Source: Microbacteriaceae bacterium
GTDB lineage: Bacteria; Actinomycetota; Actinomycetes; Actinomycetales; Microbacteriaceae
Direction: 5' to 3'
NCBI GenBank assembly: GCA_049314515.1
Contig: JBMOEY010000001.1
Coordinates: forward strand, 23,907 to 87,906
DNA: 64,000 nucleotides
Below the pieces are notes generated by a model. The model was not told the DNA's origin and searched no databases. It worked only from the letters and a program-made list of their open reading frames with translations. Both the position numbers and the translations under genes were made by a program. Below, piece after piece: positions 52,649-61,942 of this stretch (position 1 is the stretch's first letter; the number at the start of each line of letters is the position of its first letter).

Positions 52649-53545
52649 ATGACCGTCACTTATGACAACTCTGAGCGTTTCGTTGCCTTCGCTCACCCCG
52701 AGACGCTCGTGAGCGGGGATTGGCTTGAGGCTCATCTTTCTTCGCCTGGGTTGGTCGTCATTGAATCTGACGAGGATGTTCTGCTCTATGAAACTGGGCA
52801 CATTCCGGGCTCGGTGAAAGTCGATTGGCATACCGAACTCAATGATGCCGTCGTGCGCGACTACCTTGACGGTGAAGCCTTCGCAAAACTGATGAGTGCC
52901 AAAGGAATCTCCCGTGATGACACGCTCGTGTTTTACGGAGATAAAAGTAATTGGTGGGCCACCTACGCGCTGTGGGTCTTCAAACTTTTCGGTCATGCCG
53001 ACGTGAGAATTCTCGATGGCGGAAGAGACAAGTGGATTTCGGACGGTCGTCCCACGACGACGAATGTCGATTCCAGAGTGGTCACAAGTTATCCCGTCGT
53101 TGAGCGCAATGACTCAACGTTGCGTGCCTTCCTCGCCGACACGCGGGCGCATATCGGTAAGCCCATGATTGACGTTCGTAGCCCTGAGGAATATTCGGGT
53201 GAGCGAACGCACATGCCCAGTTATCCCGAGGAGGGTGCCTTGCGTGGTGGGCACATCCCCGGTGCGGCAAACGTCCCGTGGGCGCGCGCGGTCAATGAGG
53301 ACGGAACGTTCAAATCGCGCGAGGAATTGGAAAAACTGTACCTGGGCGACGCGGGACTTCAACTAGGTGATGACATCATTGCGTACTGTCGAATCGGGGA
53401 ACGATCGAGTCATTCGTGGTTTGTGCTCACCTACCTACTCGGATTTGAGGGTGTGCGAAATTACGACGGCTCGTGGACCGAGTGGGGGTCTGCAGTGCGA
53501 GTCCCGATCGTCAAAGGTGCCACGCCGGCCGGAAACGCTGCGTAA
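52649..53545 (+). CDS. thiosulfate/3-mercaptopyruvate sulfurtransferase (tandem rhodanese)
   Basis: 298-aa ORF containing GHIPG in both halves, with active-site loop [15 protein letters not shown]. Confidence 0.9.
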   Translation: MTVTYDNSERFVAFAHPETLVSGDWLEAHLSSPGLVVIESDEDVLLYETGHIPGSVKVDWHTELNDAVVRDYLDGEAFAKLMSAKGISRDDTLVFYGDKSNWWATYALWVFKLFGHADVRILDGGRDKWISDGRPTTTNVDSRVVTSYPVVERNDSTLRAFLADTRAHIGKPMIDVRSPEEYSGERTHMPSYPEEGALRGGHIPGAANVPWARAVNEDGTFKSREELEKLYLGDAGLQLGDDIIAYCRIGERSSHSWFVLTYLLGFEGVRNYDGSWTEWGSAVRVPIVKGATPAGNAA

Positions 53546-53582
53546 CTGCCGCACACGCCCGTGAAGCTGTCACAATGAGCAC

Positions 53583-54035
53583 GTGACTGAGTCTGTCTCC
53601 CCCGTTCTCCGCGATATTCGCGAAGGCTTTCACGAGCTGTCCGGTAATGACCGGTTGACGTATTTACTCGAGTTCGCCAACGAGCTTCCGGAGCTACCGG
53701 CACGTTACGCCGAGCATCCGGAACTCCTCGAACGTGTCGAAGAGTGCCAATCCCCTGTCTACATTTTTGTCGAGGTGGATGACCTTTCGCACGTGCATGT
53801 TTTCGCGACGGCACCCCGCGAAGCGCCGACCACACGTGGTTTTGCGAGTATTTTGGTTCAGGGACTCAGTTCGCTCTCCGTGTCGGAGGTCCTCGCGACG
53901 CCCGACGATTTTCCGGGCACTCTCGGACTCAACGAGTTGATTTCACCACTTCGCGTGCGTGGAATGTCCGGCATGCTCGCTCGAATCAAGCGCCAGGTGC
54001 GCGAGCGAGTCGCATCTTTCCCGCCGTCAGCATGA
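53583..54035 (+). CDS. SufE-like sulfur acceptor protein
   Basis: 150-aa ORF with a GTG start. Contains RLTYLLEFANELP....................VEECQSPVYIF...........A.A....RGF..IL, the SufE/CsdE fold signature with a conserved Cys. Confidence 0.82.
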   Translation: MTESVSPVLRDIREGFHELSGNDRLTYLLEFANELPELPARYAEHPELLERVEECQSPVYIFVEVDDLSHVHVFATAPREAPTTRGFASILVQGLSSLSVSEVLATPDDFPGTLGLNELISPLRVRGMSGMLARIKRQVRERVASFPPSA

Positions 54036-54673
54036 TTTCTGTCCCATCGTCGGTCGTCTTCGACGATGTTTCCTGGCCGAATCGGCCGTGGTTTCGTTCA
54101 AACATTCTGCTCGATAGCTCAGGCAATCCGGCCGGACCTGACGGCACCTCCCGCTCGTTGACCCGCGGGAATGATCGTCACCTGCTTCGAGCGCTGCGTC
54201 AGGATGCTCAGGCAATCGTCACCGGAGGAGAAACCGTTCGCTCGGAAGGCTGGCACTTCCCTCCTGACGGATTCTTGTTCGTTGCTACCCGGGGTGATCT
54301 CTCTCTCGACACCTGCGCACGTCCCGAACGACTTCGTCTCTTCACGTTTGACGCATCGTCGAAATCCCTGGAAAACGCACTTTCAACTTTGGCGACAGAG
54401 TGCCGCGTTCGACGACTCTTGTGCGAATCCGGTCCTCAACTGTTGCGCGCAATCACCGAGGCCGACCTGATTGACGAGGCGTTCGTGTCCGTCGTCTCTT
54501 CGGACCGTGCCACAGAAATTCATGTGGACGAACTCGAAGGAGTGGTTCGTCGCGCGTTGTCGTTGAAACCGAGTCGATACGCGTTGCTCGGGCATGTCCA
54601 ACAATCAGACGTCACATATTTTCGATTCGTGCATCTCGGCCCCAGACTCAGTCCCGTCTTTGGCGCAATGTAG
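54032..54673 (+). CDS. RibD C-terminal-like (dihydrofolate/pyrimidine reductase family) protein
   Basis: 213-aa ORF containing LRALRQDAQAIVTGGETVRSEGW and RRLLCESGPQLLRAITEADLIDEAFVSV, matching the RibD_C pattern. ATGA overlap with the SufE-like gene. Confidence 0.6.
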   Translation: MISVPSSVVFDDVSWPNRPWFRSNILLDSSGNPAGPDGTSRSLTRGNDRHLLRALRQDAQAIVTGGETVRSEGWHFPPDGFLFVATRGDLSLDTCARPERLRLFTFDASSKSLENALSTLATECRVRRLLCESGPQLLRAITEADLIDEAFVSVVSSDRATEIHVDELEGVVRRALSLKPSRYALLGHVQQSDVTYFRFVHLGPRLSPVFGAM

Positions 54674-54744
54674 CAAGTTTGCCGGGAGCAACATGCACGG
54701 CGAGTTTGCGCAGCGCGCGACACGCACGTCGGTAAAGTCGAATC

Positions 54745-55335
54745 GTGACCGATGGCACCTCAACAAGTGTTCCCGCGGAATTTGCGAACCTCGTTCAGCA
54801 GTTGGAATCGGCAACTTTACGTTCTGACTTGCGTGTGCGAAGCATTGCTTCGCCCAACGGCATCGCACCCCACAGTGTCGCGTTTGCCGCGGAGGTGCTT
54901 CCCGTCGAAGATGACGGAACGTCTGCCCACGGGGCAGGAAGGTTCATCCTTCTTTTTGACCCCGAGGGACAGGAAGGCTGGGGCGGAACTCGGAGAATCG
55001 TATGTTTCGCTCAAGCACCCCTCGAGGGGGAAATCAGTACAGACCCGTTGCTGACTGACGTCACGTGGTCTTGGCTGACCGACGCGCTCGCAGCACACGA
55101 CGCGGATTACACTCACGCATCCGGGACTGCGACACGTGTCCTCGCAAAAGGATTCGGCGAGTTGGCGGGCGAACAAGACTCTGCACACATCGAACTTCGT
55201 GCATCGTGGACCGCTACAGGTTCGTCGATCGCGGGTCACCTGCACGCATGGGGGGAATTGCTCGCCATGCTTGCCGGACTCCCCCCACAGGACGGCGCGA
55301 TCAGCATGGATGCCCGGCGTCGGGAGCGTGGTTAG
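54745..55335 (+). CDS. DUF3000 domain-containing protein
   Basis: 196-aa ORF containing GRFILLFDPEGQEGWGGTRRIVCFAQAP. It occupies the conserved position immediately upstream of the actinobacterial RNase D-like gene. Confidence 0.7.
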   Translation: MTDGTSTSVPAEFANLVQQLESATLRSDLRVRSIASPNGIAPHSVAFAAEVLPVEDDGTSAHGAGRFILLFDPEGQEGWGGTRRIVCFAQAPLEGEISTDPLLTDVTWSWLTDALAAHDADYTHASGTATRVLAKGFGELAGEQDSAHIELRASWTATGSSIAGHLHAWGELLAMLAGLPPQDGAISMDARRRERG

Positions 55336-56569
55336 AGTTCAGGTCATCGACAGTGCCGAAGCGTTCGCGGTTGCCTGCGACGCGCTTCGCGCGGGGACTG
55401 GTCCCTTCGCCGTCGACGCGGAACGCGCCTCTGGGTTCACGTATTCTCAACGTGCCTATCTGATTCAGATTCATCGACGCGAGGCGGGGACTTTTCTTTT
55501 TGATCCCCCGCCGATAGGTGACATGTCTCTCTTGACTGACATCGCAGGCGACGCCGAGTGGATAATCCATGCGGCGAGTCAAGACTTGCCCTGTTTGCGC
55601 GAAGTGGGGGTCAGCCCTCGTGCCCTTTTTGACACAGAGCTGGCGGCGAGGCTGCTCGGATTTGAGAAAGTGGGACTCGGGGCAGTTGTTGAGCAACTGC
55701 TCGGCATCCATTTGGCAAAGGAACATTCGGCGGTGGATTGGTCGACCCGCCCATTACCTGAACCGTGGCTGGAATACGCGGCGTTGGATGTGGAACTCCT
55801 GGTCGACGTTCGAGACAAACTTGAGGTTTTGCTTTCTGAAGCCGGCAAATCGACGATTGCGCAGGAGGAATTCCTCGCCGCACTCGCCAAGCCCTCCAAG
55901 GACATTCCAACAGACCCTTGGCGTCGACTTTCCGGACTTCACACGTTGCGCACACCACGTCAAGTGGCAATAGCTCGCGAGTTGTGGCTGGCCCGTGACC
56001 GTATTGCTCAGCATCGAGATGTGGCGCCCGGAAGACTCGTGCCGGACGCCAGTCTTGTCGCTGCCGTCGTCGCTGACCCCCCAGTCAAATCAGACTTGGC
56101 CAAATTGAAGGCCTTCAACGGTCGTGCTTCGCGATCACTGCTCGACGACTGGTGGTCGGCAATCGAAAGAGGACGGCGTGTCACGGATCTTCCAGCGATG
56201 CGAGTTAGGTCGTCCGAGCCGCCCCCACCGCGGAGTTGGCCAGACCGAAATCCTGACGCGAACCGTCGTCTGACTATCGTGCGCCCGCGAATTGCTTCAG
56301 TGAGTGAAGATCTCAACATCCCCTTGGAGAATCTCCTCACACCGTCACTTTTGCGTTCACTCGCCTGGTCGCCACCTGCTCCGCTGAGCCTGGAATCTGT
56401 TTCGCGCGCACTGCTCGACGGCGGAGCGCGCGACTGGCAAATTGAGCTCTGCGGTCAAGTCATCGTCGACGGCTTTATTGATGCGGAGTCAGTGCCGGAT
56501 GAACGAGACGAGGAATTGCTTAACGCGAGTGACGGCATTGGTGACGACGACGACGCGCTCGCCAACTAA
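55328..56569 (+). CDS. rnd: ribonuclease D-like 3'-5' exonuclease with HRDC domain
   Basis: The track ORF starts at 55136, inside the DUF3000 gene. An in-frame GTG at 55328 (GTGGTTAG overlap) gives 413 aa. Contains FAVDAERASGFTYSQRAYLIQI, HAASQDLPCL, DWS.RPLP...L.YAALDVE.L and an HRDC region. Confidence 0.88.
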   Translation: MVRVQVIDSAEAFAVACDALRAGTGPFAVDAERASGFTYSQRAYLIQIHRREAGTFLFDPPPIGDMSLLTDIAGDAEWIIHAASQDLPCLREVGVSPRALFDTELAARLLGFEKVGLGAVVEQLLGIHLAKEHSAVDWSTRPLPEPWLEYAALDVELLVDVRDKLEVLLSEAGKSTIAQEEFLAALAKPSKDIPTDPWRRLSGLHTLRTPRQVAIARELWLARDRIAQHRDVAPGRLVPDASLVAAVVADPPVKSDLAKLKAFNGRASRSLLDDWWSAIERGRRVTDLPAMRVRSSEPPPPRSWPDRNPDANRRLTIVRPRIASVSEDLNIPLENLLTPSLLRSLAWSPPAPLSLESVSRALLDGGARDWQIELCGQVIVDGFIDAESVPDERDEELLNASDGIGDDDDALAN

Positions 56570-56620
56570 GGCAAGTCACCGTAGGCTCAGAAAGTACGTT
56601 GAGTCAACCTAGGAGCCACC

Positions 56621-57820
56621 ATGCCTGAACGTGATCGCGTTGCTTTCCTTGACGGTGTTCGCACGCCGTTTGGTCGTGCCGGCGAGAAGGGGATGTTCGC
56701 GAATACGCGCAGCGATGATCTCGTTGTCAAAGCGATGATCGGCTTGTTGGATCGAAACCCCGAGCTGCCCGGTGAACGCGTCGATGACGTCGCTATCGCC
56801 GCGACGACTCAACAAGGAGACCAGGGTCTCACGCTCGGCCGAACGAGCGCGATACTGGCCGGACTTCCCATGTCGGTACCCGGTTACGCCATCGACCGGA
56901 TGTGCGCCGGCGCCATGACGGCCGTGACCACCGTTGCGGGCGCAGTAGCTTTCGGCATGTATGACTTTGCCATCGCCGGTGGTGTCGAGCACATGGGTCG
57001 CCACCCAATGGGCTTTGATGCAGATCCCAATCCTCGCTTTGTCGCCGAAAAGCTCGTCGAGGCGGATGCGCTCAACATGGGTGCAACCGCCGAACGATTG
57101 CATGACCGTTTTCCACAACTCACCAAGGAACGGGCAGATGCCTTCGCGATGGCGAGTCAAGTTAAAGTTGAACAGGCCTACCAGTCGGGCGACATTCAAC
57201 CAGACCTCATTCCCATTGCGACCAAAACAGATGCCGGCTGGGGTCTCGCCACCGAGGACGAGGGTCGCCGTCCAGAGACCAATCTTGAGGGTCTGGCCGG
57301 GCTCAAAACACCTTTTCGGCCCCATGGCCGAGTTACGGCAGGCAATTCGTCGCCGTTAACCGACGGGGCAACTGTGTCGCTCATTGGGAGCAACACTGCG
57401 GCGCAGGCCCTCGGAATCAAACCGAAGATGCACATGGTGTCTTTTGCTTTTGCCGGTGTAGCTCCTGAGGTGATGGGAATAGGCCCCATCCCCTCGACGG
57501 AAAAGGCCCTTGCCAAAGCTGGATTGTCCATTGGAGACATCGGTCTTTTCGAACTCAATGAGGCGTTTGCCGTTCAAGTACTCAGCCTGCTCGATCACTT
57601 TGGCATTGCCGACGATGACCCGAGGGTCAACCCGTACGGTGGCGCTATCGCCATCGGGCATCCCCTCGCATCGAGTGGTGTTCGCCTGATGATTCAACTT
57701 GCCCGCCAATTCGAACAGCGGCCAGACGTTCGGTACGGTCTCACGGCCATGTGCGTGGGATTAGGTCAGGGCGGAAGCGTGGTTTGGGAGAACCCGCACT
57801 TTGATGGAAAGCGGAAATAA
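56621..57820 (+). CDS. fadA: acetyl-CoA C-acyltransferase (thiolase I)
   Basis: 399-aa ORF with active-site Cys context DRMCAGAM, plus NEAFA, GGAIAIGHPLASSG and CVGLGQG. Confidence 0.93.
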   Translation: MPERDRVAFLDGVRTPFGRAGEKGMFANTRSDDLVVKAMIGLLDRNPELPGERVDDVAIAATTQQGDQGLTLGRTSAILAGLPMSVPGYAIDRMCAGAMTAVTTVAGAVAFGMYDFAIAGGVEHMGRHPMGFDADPNPRFVAEKLVEADALNMGATAERLHDRFPQLTKERADAFAMASQVKVEQAYQSGDIQPDLIPIATKTDAGWGLATEDEGRRPETNLEGLAGLKTPFRPHGRVTAGNSSPLTDGATVSLIGSNTAAQALGIKPKMHMVSFAFAGVAPEVMGIGPIPSTEKALAKAGLSIGDIGLFELNEAFAVQVLSLLDHFGIADDDPRVNPYGGAIAIGHPLASSGVRLMIQLARQFEQRPDVRYGLTAMCVGLGQGGSVVWENPHFDGKRK

Positions 57821-57822
57821 CA

Positions 57823-59955
57823 ATGGGCCAGTACGACAACATTGATTTCGCTGATCTACTCGCTCTTTCAGACGAAGAAGTAGTCACACGCTCCTACGTT
57901 CGAGACATTCACCTCGAATCCGGCCGAGTACTGGCTCTGGTGACTCTGGACAATGACCTCGACCACACGCGCCCCAACACGCTCGGCCCGCGCACCATGA
58001 TGCAACTCGATACCGTTCTTGTCGAGCTTGCGGACAGGGCGTCGCGCGGTGAAATTCAGGCCGTTGGAGTCACCGGAAAGCCCTATTTTCTGGCTGCCGG
58101 CGCTGACCTTAGTCGTGTTGCGGACATACCGTCGAAGGCATTCGCGAGAAAACTTGCCGAACTGGGCCACCGGTCATTAGGCCGATTACGGGAACTGGGC
58201 GTTCCATCCTTCGTCTTCATCAACGGCCTGGCACTCGGTGGCGGACTTGAGATTGCGCTCAACGCGGACTATCGAACAATTGATTCCAGCGCAGCTGCGA
58301 TTGCTCTTCCCGAGGTGTTCCTTGGACTCGTGCCGGGTTGGGGTGGCGCATACCTCTTGCCGAATCTCATTGGGATTGAAAACGCCCTCACTGTGATGCT
58401 TTCCAACCCCCTCAAAAACAATCGGATGCTGAGCGCAGCGCAAGCACGGGACCTCGGTATAGCCGACGCAATGTTTGGCCCTGGTCGCTTTCTTGAAGAT
58501 TCCTTCGCCTGGGCCGACCGCGTACTTGGCGGATTGAAAGTCAAACGCCCCCACGAACCAGGAGTGCTCGAGCGAACTGTCAAGTGGGACATCGCTGTCA
58601 ATATCGCTCGATCCACAGTAGAGAAACGCATCGGAACGGTGGCAACGGCACCCCAGGCAGCCCTTCGTCTGCTGTCCGCAGCAAAGAGTGGCACGCGCAA
58701 CGAGGGGTTCCTTCGCGAGGATGAGGAACTCGCCGACCTGATTTCTGGTGACCAGTTTCAAGCAAGCATCTACGCGTTTAACTTGGTCCAGAAGAGAGCA
58801 AAAAAGCCGGCTGGAGCACCGAATCCATTACTCGCAACAAAAATCACGAAAGTGGGCGTCATTGGCGCAGGGCTGATGGCCAGACAGTTTGCGTTGTTGT
58901 TTGCTCGTCGTCTTCGAGTTCCAGTCGTGCTGACCGACATTGACCAGTCACGACTCGACCAAGCAATTGATTACATCCACGGGGAAATCGACGGACTGCT
59001 TGCTAAGGGGCGCATTGGTAGTGACGACGCGGGTCGAGTCCATGCACTGGTCTCGGGAACAACAGACCCCACCGCATTTGCTGACGCCGATTGGGTTATT
59101 GAAGCAGTCTTCGAAGAAGTTGCGGTCAAACAAGAGGTTTTTGCAAGATTCGAAAAAATCATCCCGGAAACCGCCGTACTCGCTACGAACACGTCGTCGT
59201 TGTCCGTCAGCGAAATTGGCGCGAACTTGGCCCACCCGGAGCGCCTGGTTGGATTTCACTTCTTCAACCCGGTGGCTGTCATGCCGCTCATCGAAGTTGT
59301 CAAAGCTGCCAAAACGAATGACACGACGCTTTCGACTGCAATGGCAGTCGCTCAACAGTTGAAGAAGACAGCGGTCATCACCGCCGACAGTCCGGGGTTC
59401 GTTGTTAATCGCCTCCTAGCCAAGCTGCTTGGCGAAGCCATGCACGCCGTCGACACGGGTACGCAATTCGAGGTCGTCGAGAACGCTCTCGACTCCTTTG
59501 GAATGCCCATGGGTCCATTTGAACTTCTGGACCTCGTCGGTTTGAAAGTCGGCGCGCACGTCTTGGACACTCACCACGCCGCGTTCCCGGAGCGCTTCTT
59601 TCGGAGCGACAATCTTCACGCTCTCGCAGAGGCTGGGGTGCTTCTTACGCGCGACAAAAAGGGGAACATCACGGGCTTTGACCCTCAGGCCAAGGCGATT
59701 GTCGCCGGTGGAACCTCACCTCTCACATCGGACGAGCTTCGCCTGCGCGTTGAGGACGGACTGGCCCAGGAAATCTCTCTCATGCTCGAAGATTCGGTTG
59801 TGGGTCACCCCGAAGACATCGACCTCTGCATGATTCTGGGCGCAGGTTGGCCGTTTCAGATGGGCGGCATCACGCCGTTCTTGGACCGAGTCGGTGCAAG
59901 CGAGCGCATCAACAAAAAGCTCTTCCATGACCCACCCGTGCGCGGCGTGAGCTAG
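57823..59955 (+). CDS. fadB: fatty-acid oxidation multifunctional enzyme (enoyl-CoA hydratase / 3-hydroxyacyl-CoA dehydrogenase)
   Basis: 710-aa ORF with an N-terminal crotonase fold (FLAAGADL...NGLALGGGLEIAL). The C-terminal NAD-binding domain reads VGVIGAGLMA...NTSSL...HFFNP. Confidence 0.93.
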   Translation: MGQYDNIDFADLLALSDEEVVTRSYVRDIHLESGRVLALVTLDNDLDHTRPNTLGPRTMMQLDTVLVELADRASRGEIQAVGVTGKPYFLAAGADLSRVADIPSKAFARKLAELGHRSLGRLRELGVPSFVFINGLALGGGLEIALNADYRTIDSSAAAIALPEVFLGLVPGWGGAYLLPNLIGIENALTVMLSNPLKNNRMLSAAQARDLGIADAMFGPGRFLEDSFAWADRVLGGLKVKRPHEPGVLERTVKWDIAVNIARSTVEKRIGTVATAPQAALRLLSAAKSGTRNEGFLREDEELADLISGDQFQASIYAFNLVQKRAKKPAGAPNPLLATKITKVGVIGAGLMARQFALLFARRLRVPVVLTDIDQSRLDQAIDYIHGEIDGLLAKGRIGSDDAGRVHALVSGTTDPTAFADADWVIEAVFEEVAVKQEVFARFEKIIPETAVLATNTSSLSVSEIGANLAHPERLVGFHFFNPVAVMPLIEVVKAAKTNDTTLSTAMAVAQQLKKTAVITADSPGFVVNRLLAKLLGEAMHAVDTGTQFEVVENALDSFGMPMGPFELLDLVGLKVGAHVLDTHHAAFPERFFRSDNLHALAEAGVLLTRDKKGNITGFDPQAKAIVAGGTSPLTSDELRLRVEDGLAQEISLMLEDSVVGHPEDIDLCMILGAGWPFQMGGITPFLDRVGASERINKKLFHDPPVRGVS

Positions 59956-59971
59956 CTGCCCCGCAAGCCGA

Positions 59972-61915
59972 CTACTGAGCTCCCTTAACGTCGGAACGAA
60001 TGTCAGCGGCTTCTTCGAGGGGTCGGGCACTCGGGATGCGGCTACCGAGTACCTGAGCAATCACGTCCCGCGCAATCGATGCTGCTGTGAGGCCGGCTTG
60101 TTCAAGAATTTCTTCCCGAGTCGCGTGCTCAATAAATTCGTCCGGGAGTCCAAGCTCGTCGACGGCGGTGTCGACCCCTGCACTGCGCAGATCTTGGCGC
60201 ACACGCGTTCCGATGCCGGCAACGCGCACGCCGTCTTCCATCGTGATGACTAGTCGGTGATCACGTGCAAGGTCAATAACGCTGCGTGGGACCGGAACGA
60301 CCCATCGTGGGTCAATCACCGTGGCGCCAATGCCCTGGTGAGCGAGGCGATCTGCGATATCGAGAGCCATGCGAGCGAAGGGCCCAATTGCGACGAGCAA
60401 CACATCCTTGTGAGGGGCCTCCCGGAGAACATCCACACCGTCTTCGGTTCGACGAACAGCAGGAATATCATCTCCGACACTCCCCTTCGGGAATCGAATG
60501 ACGCTCGGTGCATCGCTAATGGCGAGGGCTTCAGCAAATTCTTCGCGCAGTCTCGTGGCGTCGCGTGGGGCCGCGATGTGAATTCCGGGAACGACCTGCA
60601 GTATCGCGAGGTCCCACATGCCATGGTGGCTCGCTCCATCCGGACCCGTGATTCCGGCGCGGTCCAGAACAAATGTCACACCTGCTTTATGGAGCCCGAC
60701 ATCCATGAGAACTTGATCGAAGGCACGATTAATGAACGTTGCATAGAGCGCAACGACGGGGTGAAGCCCGCCGTATGCGAGACCCGCGGCCGACGTGACT
60801 GCGTGCTGTTCGGCGATTCCCACGTCAAGCACGCGGTCGGGAAAACGCTCGGACATCGCAAGCAGTCCAGTTGGCCGAAGCATGGCCCCGGTAATTGCGA
60901 CAATTCGAGCATCTGAAGCGGCACGAGCCACGAGTTCCGCCCCAAACACATCCGTCCATGTCTCTTTGCTCGACGAGGAGATGGGGAGGCCCGTGTCAGG
61001 ATGAATTTGACCGACGGCGTGGAACTGATCCGCGTCGTCATCACGTGCCGGTGCGTATCCTCGCCCCTTCTCGGTGATCGCATGCACAATGACGGGAGCC
61101 CCGTAATTTTTCGCCTGACGCAGCACCGCTTGCATGGCCGTTATGTCATGCCCGTCAACGGGACCCAAGTATTTGATGTCCAAGTTTGCATAGAGCGACT
61201 GATTGTTCGTCAAGCGACTCAGGAAACCGTGGATTCCACCGCGAACGCCCCGATAAAGAGCTCGCGCCGTCGGGCCCATCTTGGCAAATGCTTTTCGGCT
61301 GGAAAAGTGCAGGTTTCGATAGGTCGGACGCGTGCGCACCTTGTCGAGAAAGCGCGCTATTCCACCTATCGTGGGCGCATACGAACGACCGTTGTCATTG
61401 ACAACAATGATGAGGTTTCGAGTGTTGTCATGGCTGATGTTGTTAAGCGCTTCCCACGTCATGCCACCGGTCAGTGAGCCATCACCAACTACTGCTACGA
61501 CGTGACGGTCGCCCTGACCGGTCATGTTGAAAGCGCGCGATATACCGTCCGCCCACGACAACGAACTGGATGCATGAGAGCTTTCGACAATGTCGTGAAT
61601 TGACTCAGACCGCTGAGGGTATCCCGCGAGCCCGCCGCGTTGCCTCAAGTGAGAAAAGTCTTGCCGTCCGGTCAAAAGTTTATGAACGTACGACTGGTGG
61701 CCCGTATCCCAGACGATGGCATCGACCGGCGAATCGAACACGCGATGAATCGCGAGCGTCAGTTCAACTACGCCTAGGTTCGGCCCCAGATGCCCTCCCG
61801 AACGCGCGACCTCGCGAACAAGGAACTCCCGAATCTCCCCCGAGAGCTCACGCAACTGTGCATCGCTGAGCTTGTCAAGATCACGAGGACCGTGAATCGT
61901 GGGAAGGATTTCCAT
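59972..61915 (-). CDS. dxs: 1-deoxy-D-xylulose-5-phosphate synthase
   Basis: 647-aa ORF containing GGHLGPNLGVVELT.A.H, WD.GHQ.Y.HK.LTGR, GDGSLTGGM..EALN and DVGIAEQHAVT. Confidence 0.97.
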   Translation of the reverse strand: MEILPTIHGPRDLDKLSDAQLRELSGEIREFLVREVARSGGHLGPNLGVVELTLAIHRVFDSPVDAIVWDTGHQSYVHKLLTGRQDFSHLRQRGGLAGYPQRSESIHDIVESSHASSSLSWADGISRAFNMTGQGDRHVVAVVGDGSLTGGMTWEALNNISHDNTRNLIIVVNDNGRSYAPTIGGIARFLDKVRTRPTYRNLHFSSRKAFAKMGPTARALYRGVRGGIHGFLSRLTNNQSLYANLDIKYLGPVDGHDITAMQAVLRQAKNYGAPVIVHAITEKGRGYAPARDDDADQFHAVGQIHPDTGLPISSSSKETWTDVFGAELVARAASDARIVAITGAMLRPTGLLAMSERFPDRVLDVGIAEQHAVTSAAGLAYGGLHPVVALYATFINRAFDQVLMDVGLHKAGVTFVLDRAGITGPDGASHHGMWDLAILQVVPGIHIAAPRDATRLREEFAEALAISDAPSVIRFPKGSVGDDIPAVRRTEDGVDVLREAPHKDVLLVAIGPFARMALDIADRLAHQGIGATVIDPRWVVPVPRSVIDLARDHRLVITMEDGVRVAGIGTRVRQDLRSAGVDTAVDELGLPDEFIEHATREEILEQAGLTAASIARDVIAQVLGSRIPSARPLEEAADIRSDVKGAQ

Positions 61916-61942
61916 GAGCGAAAGTCTAACGAGGCGGGCTAG

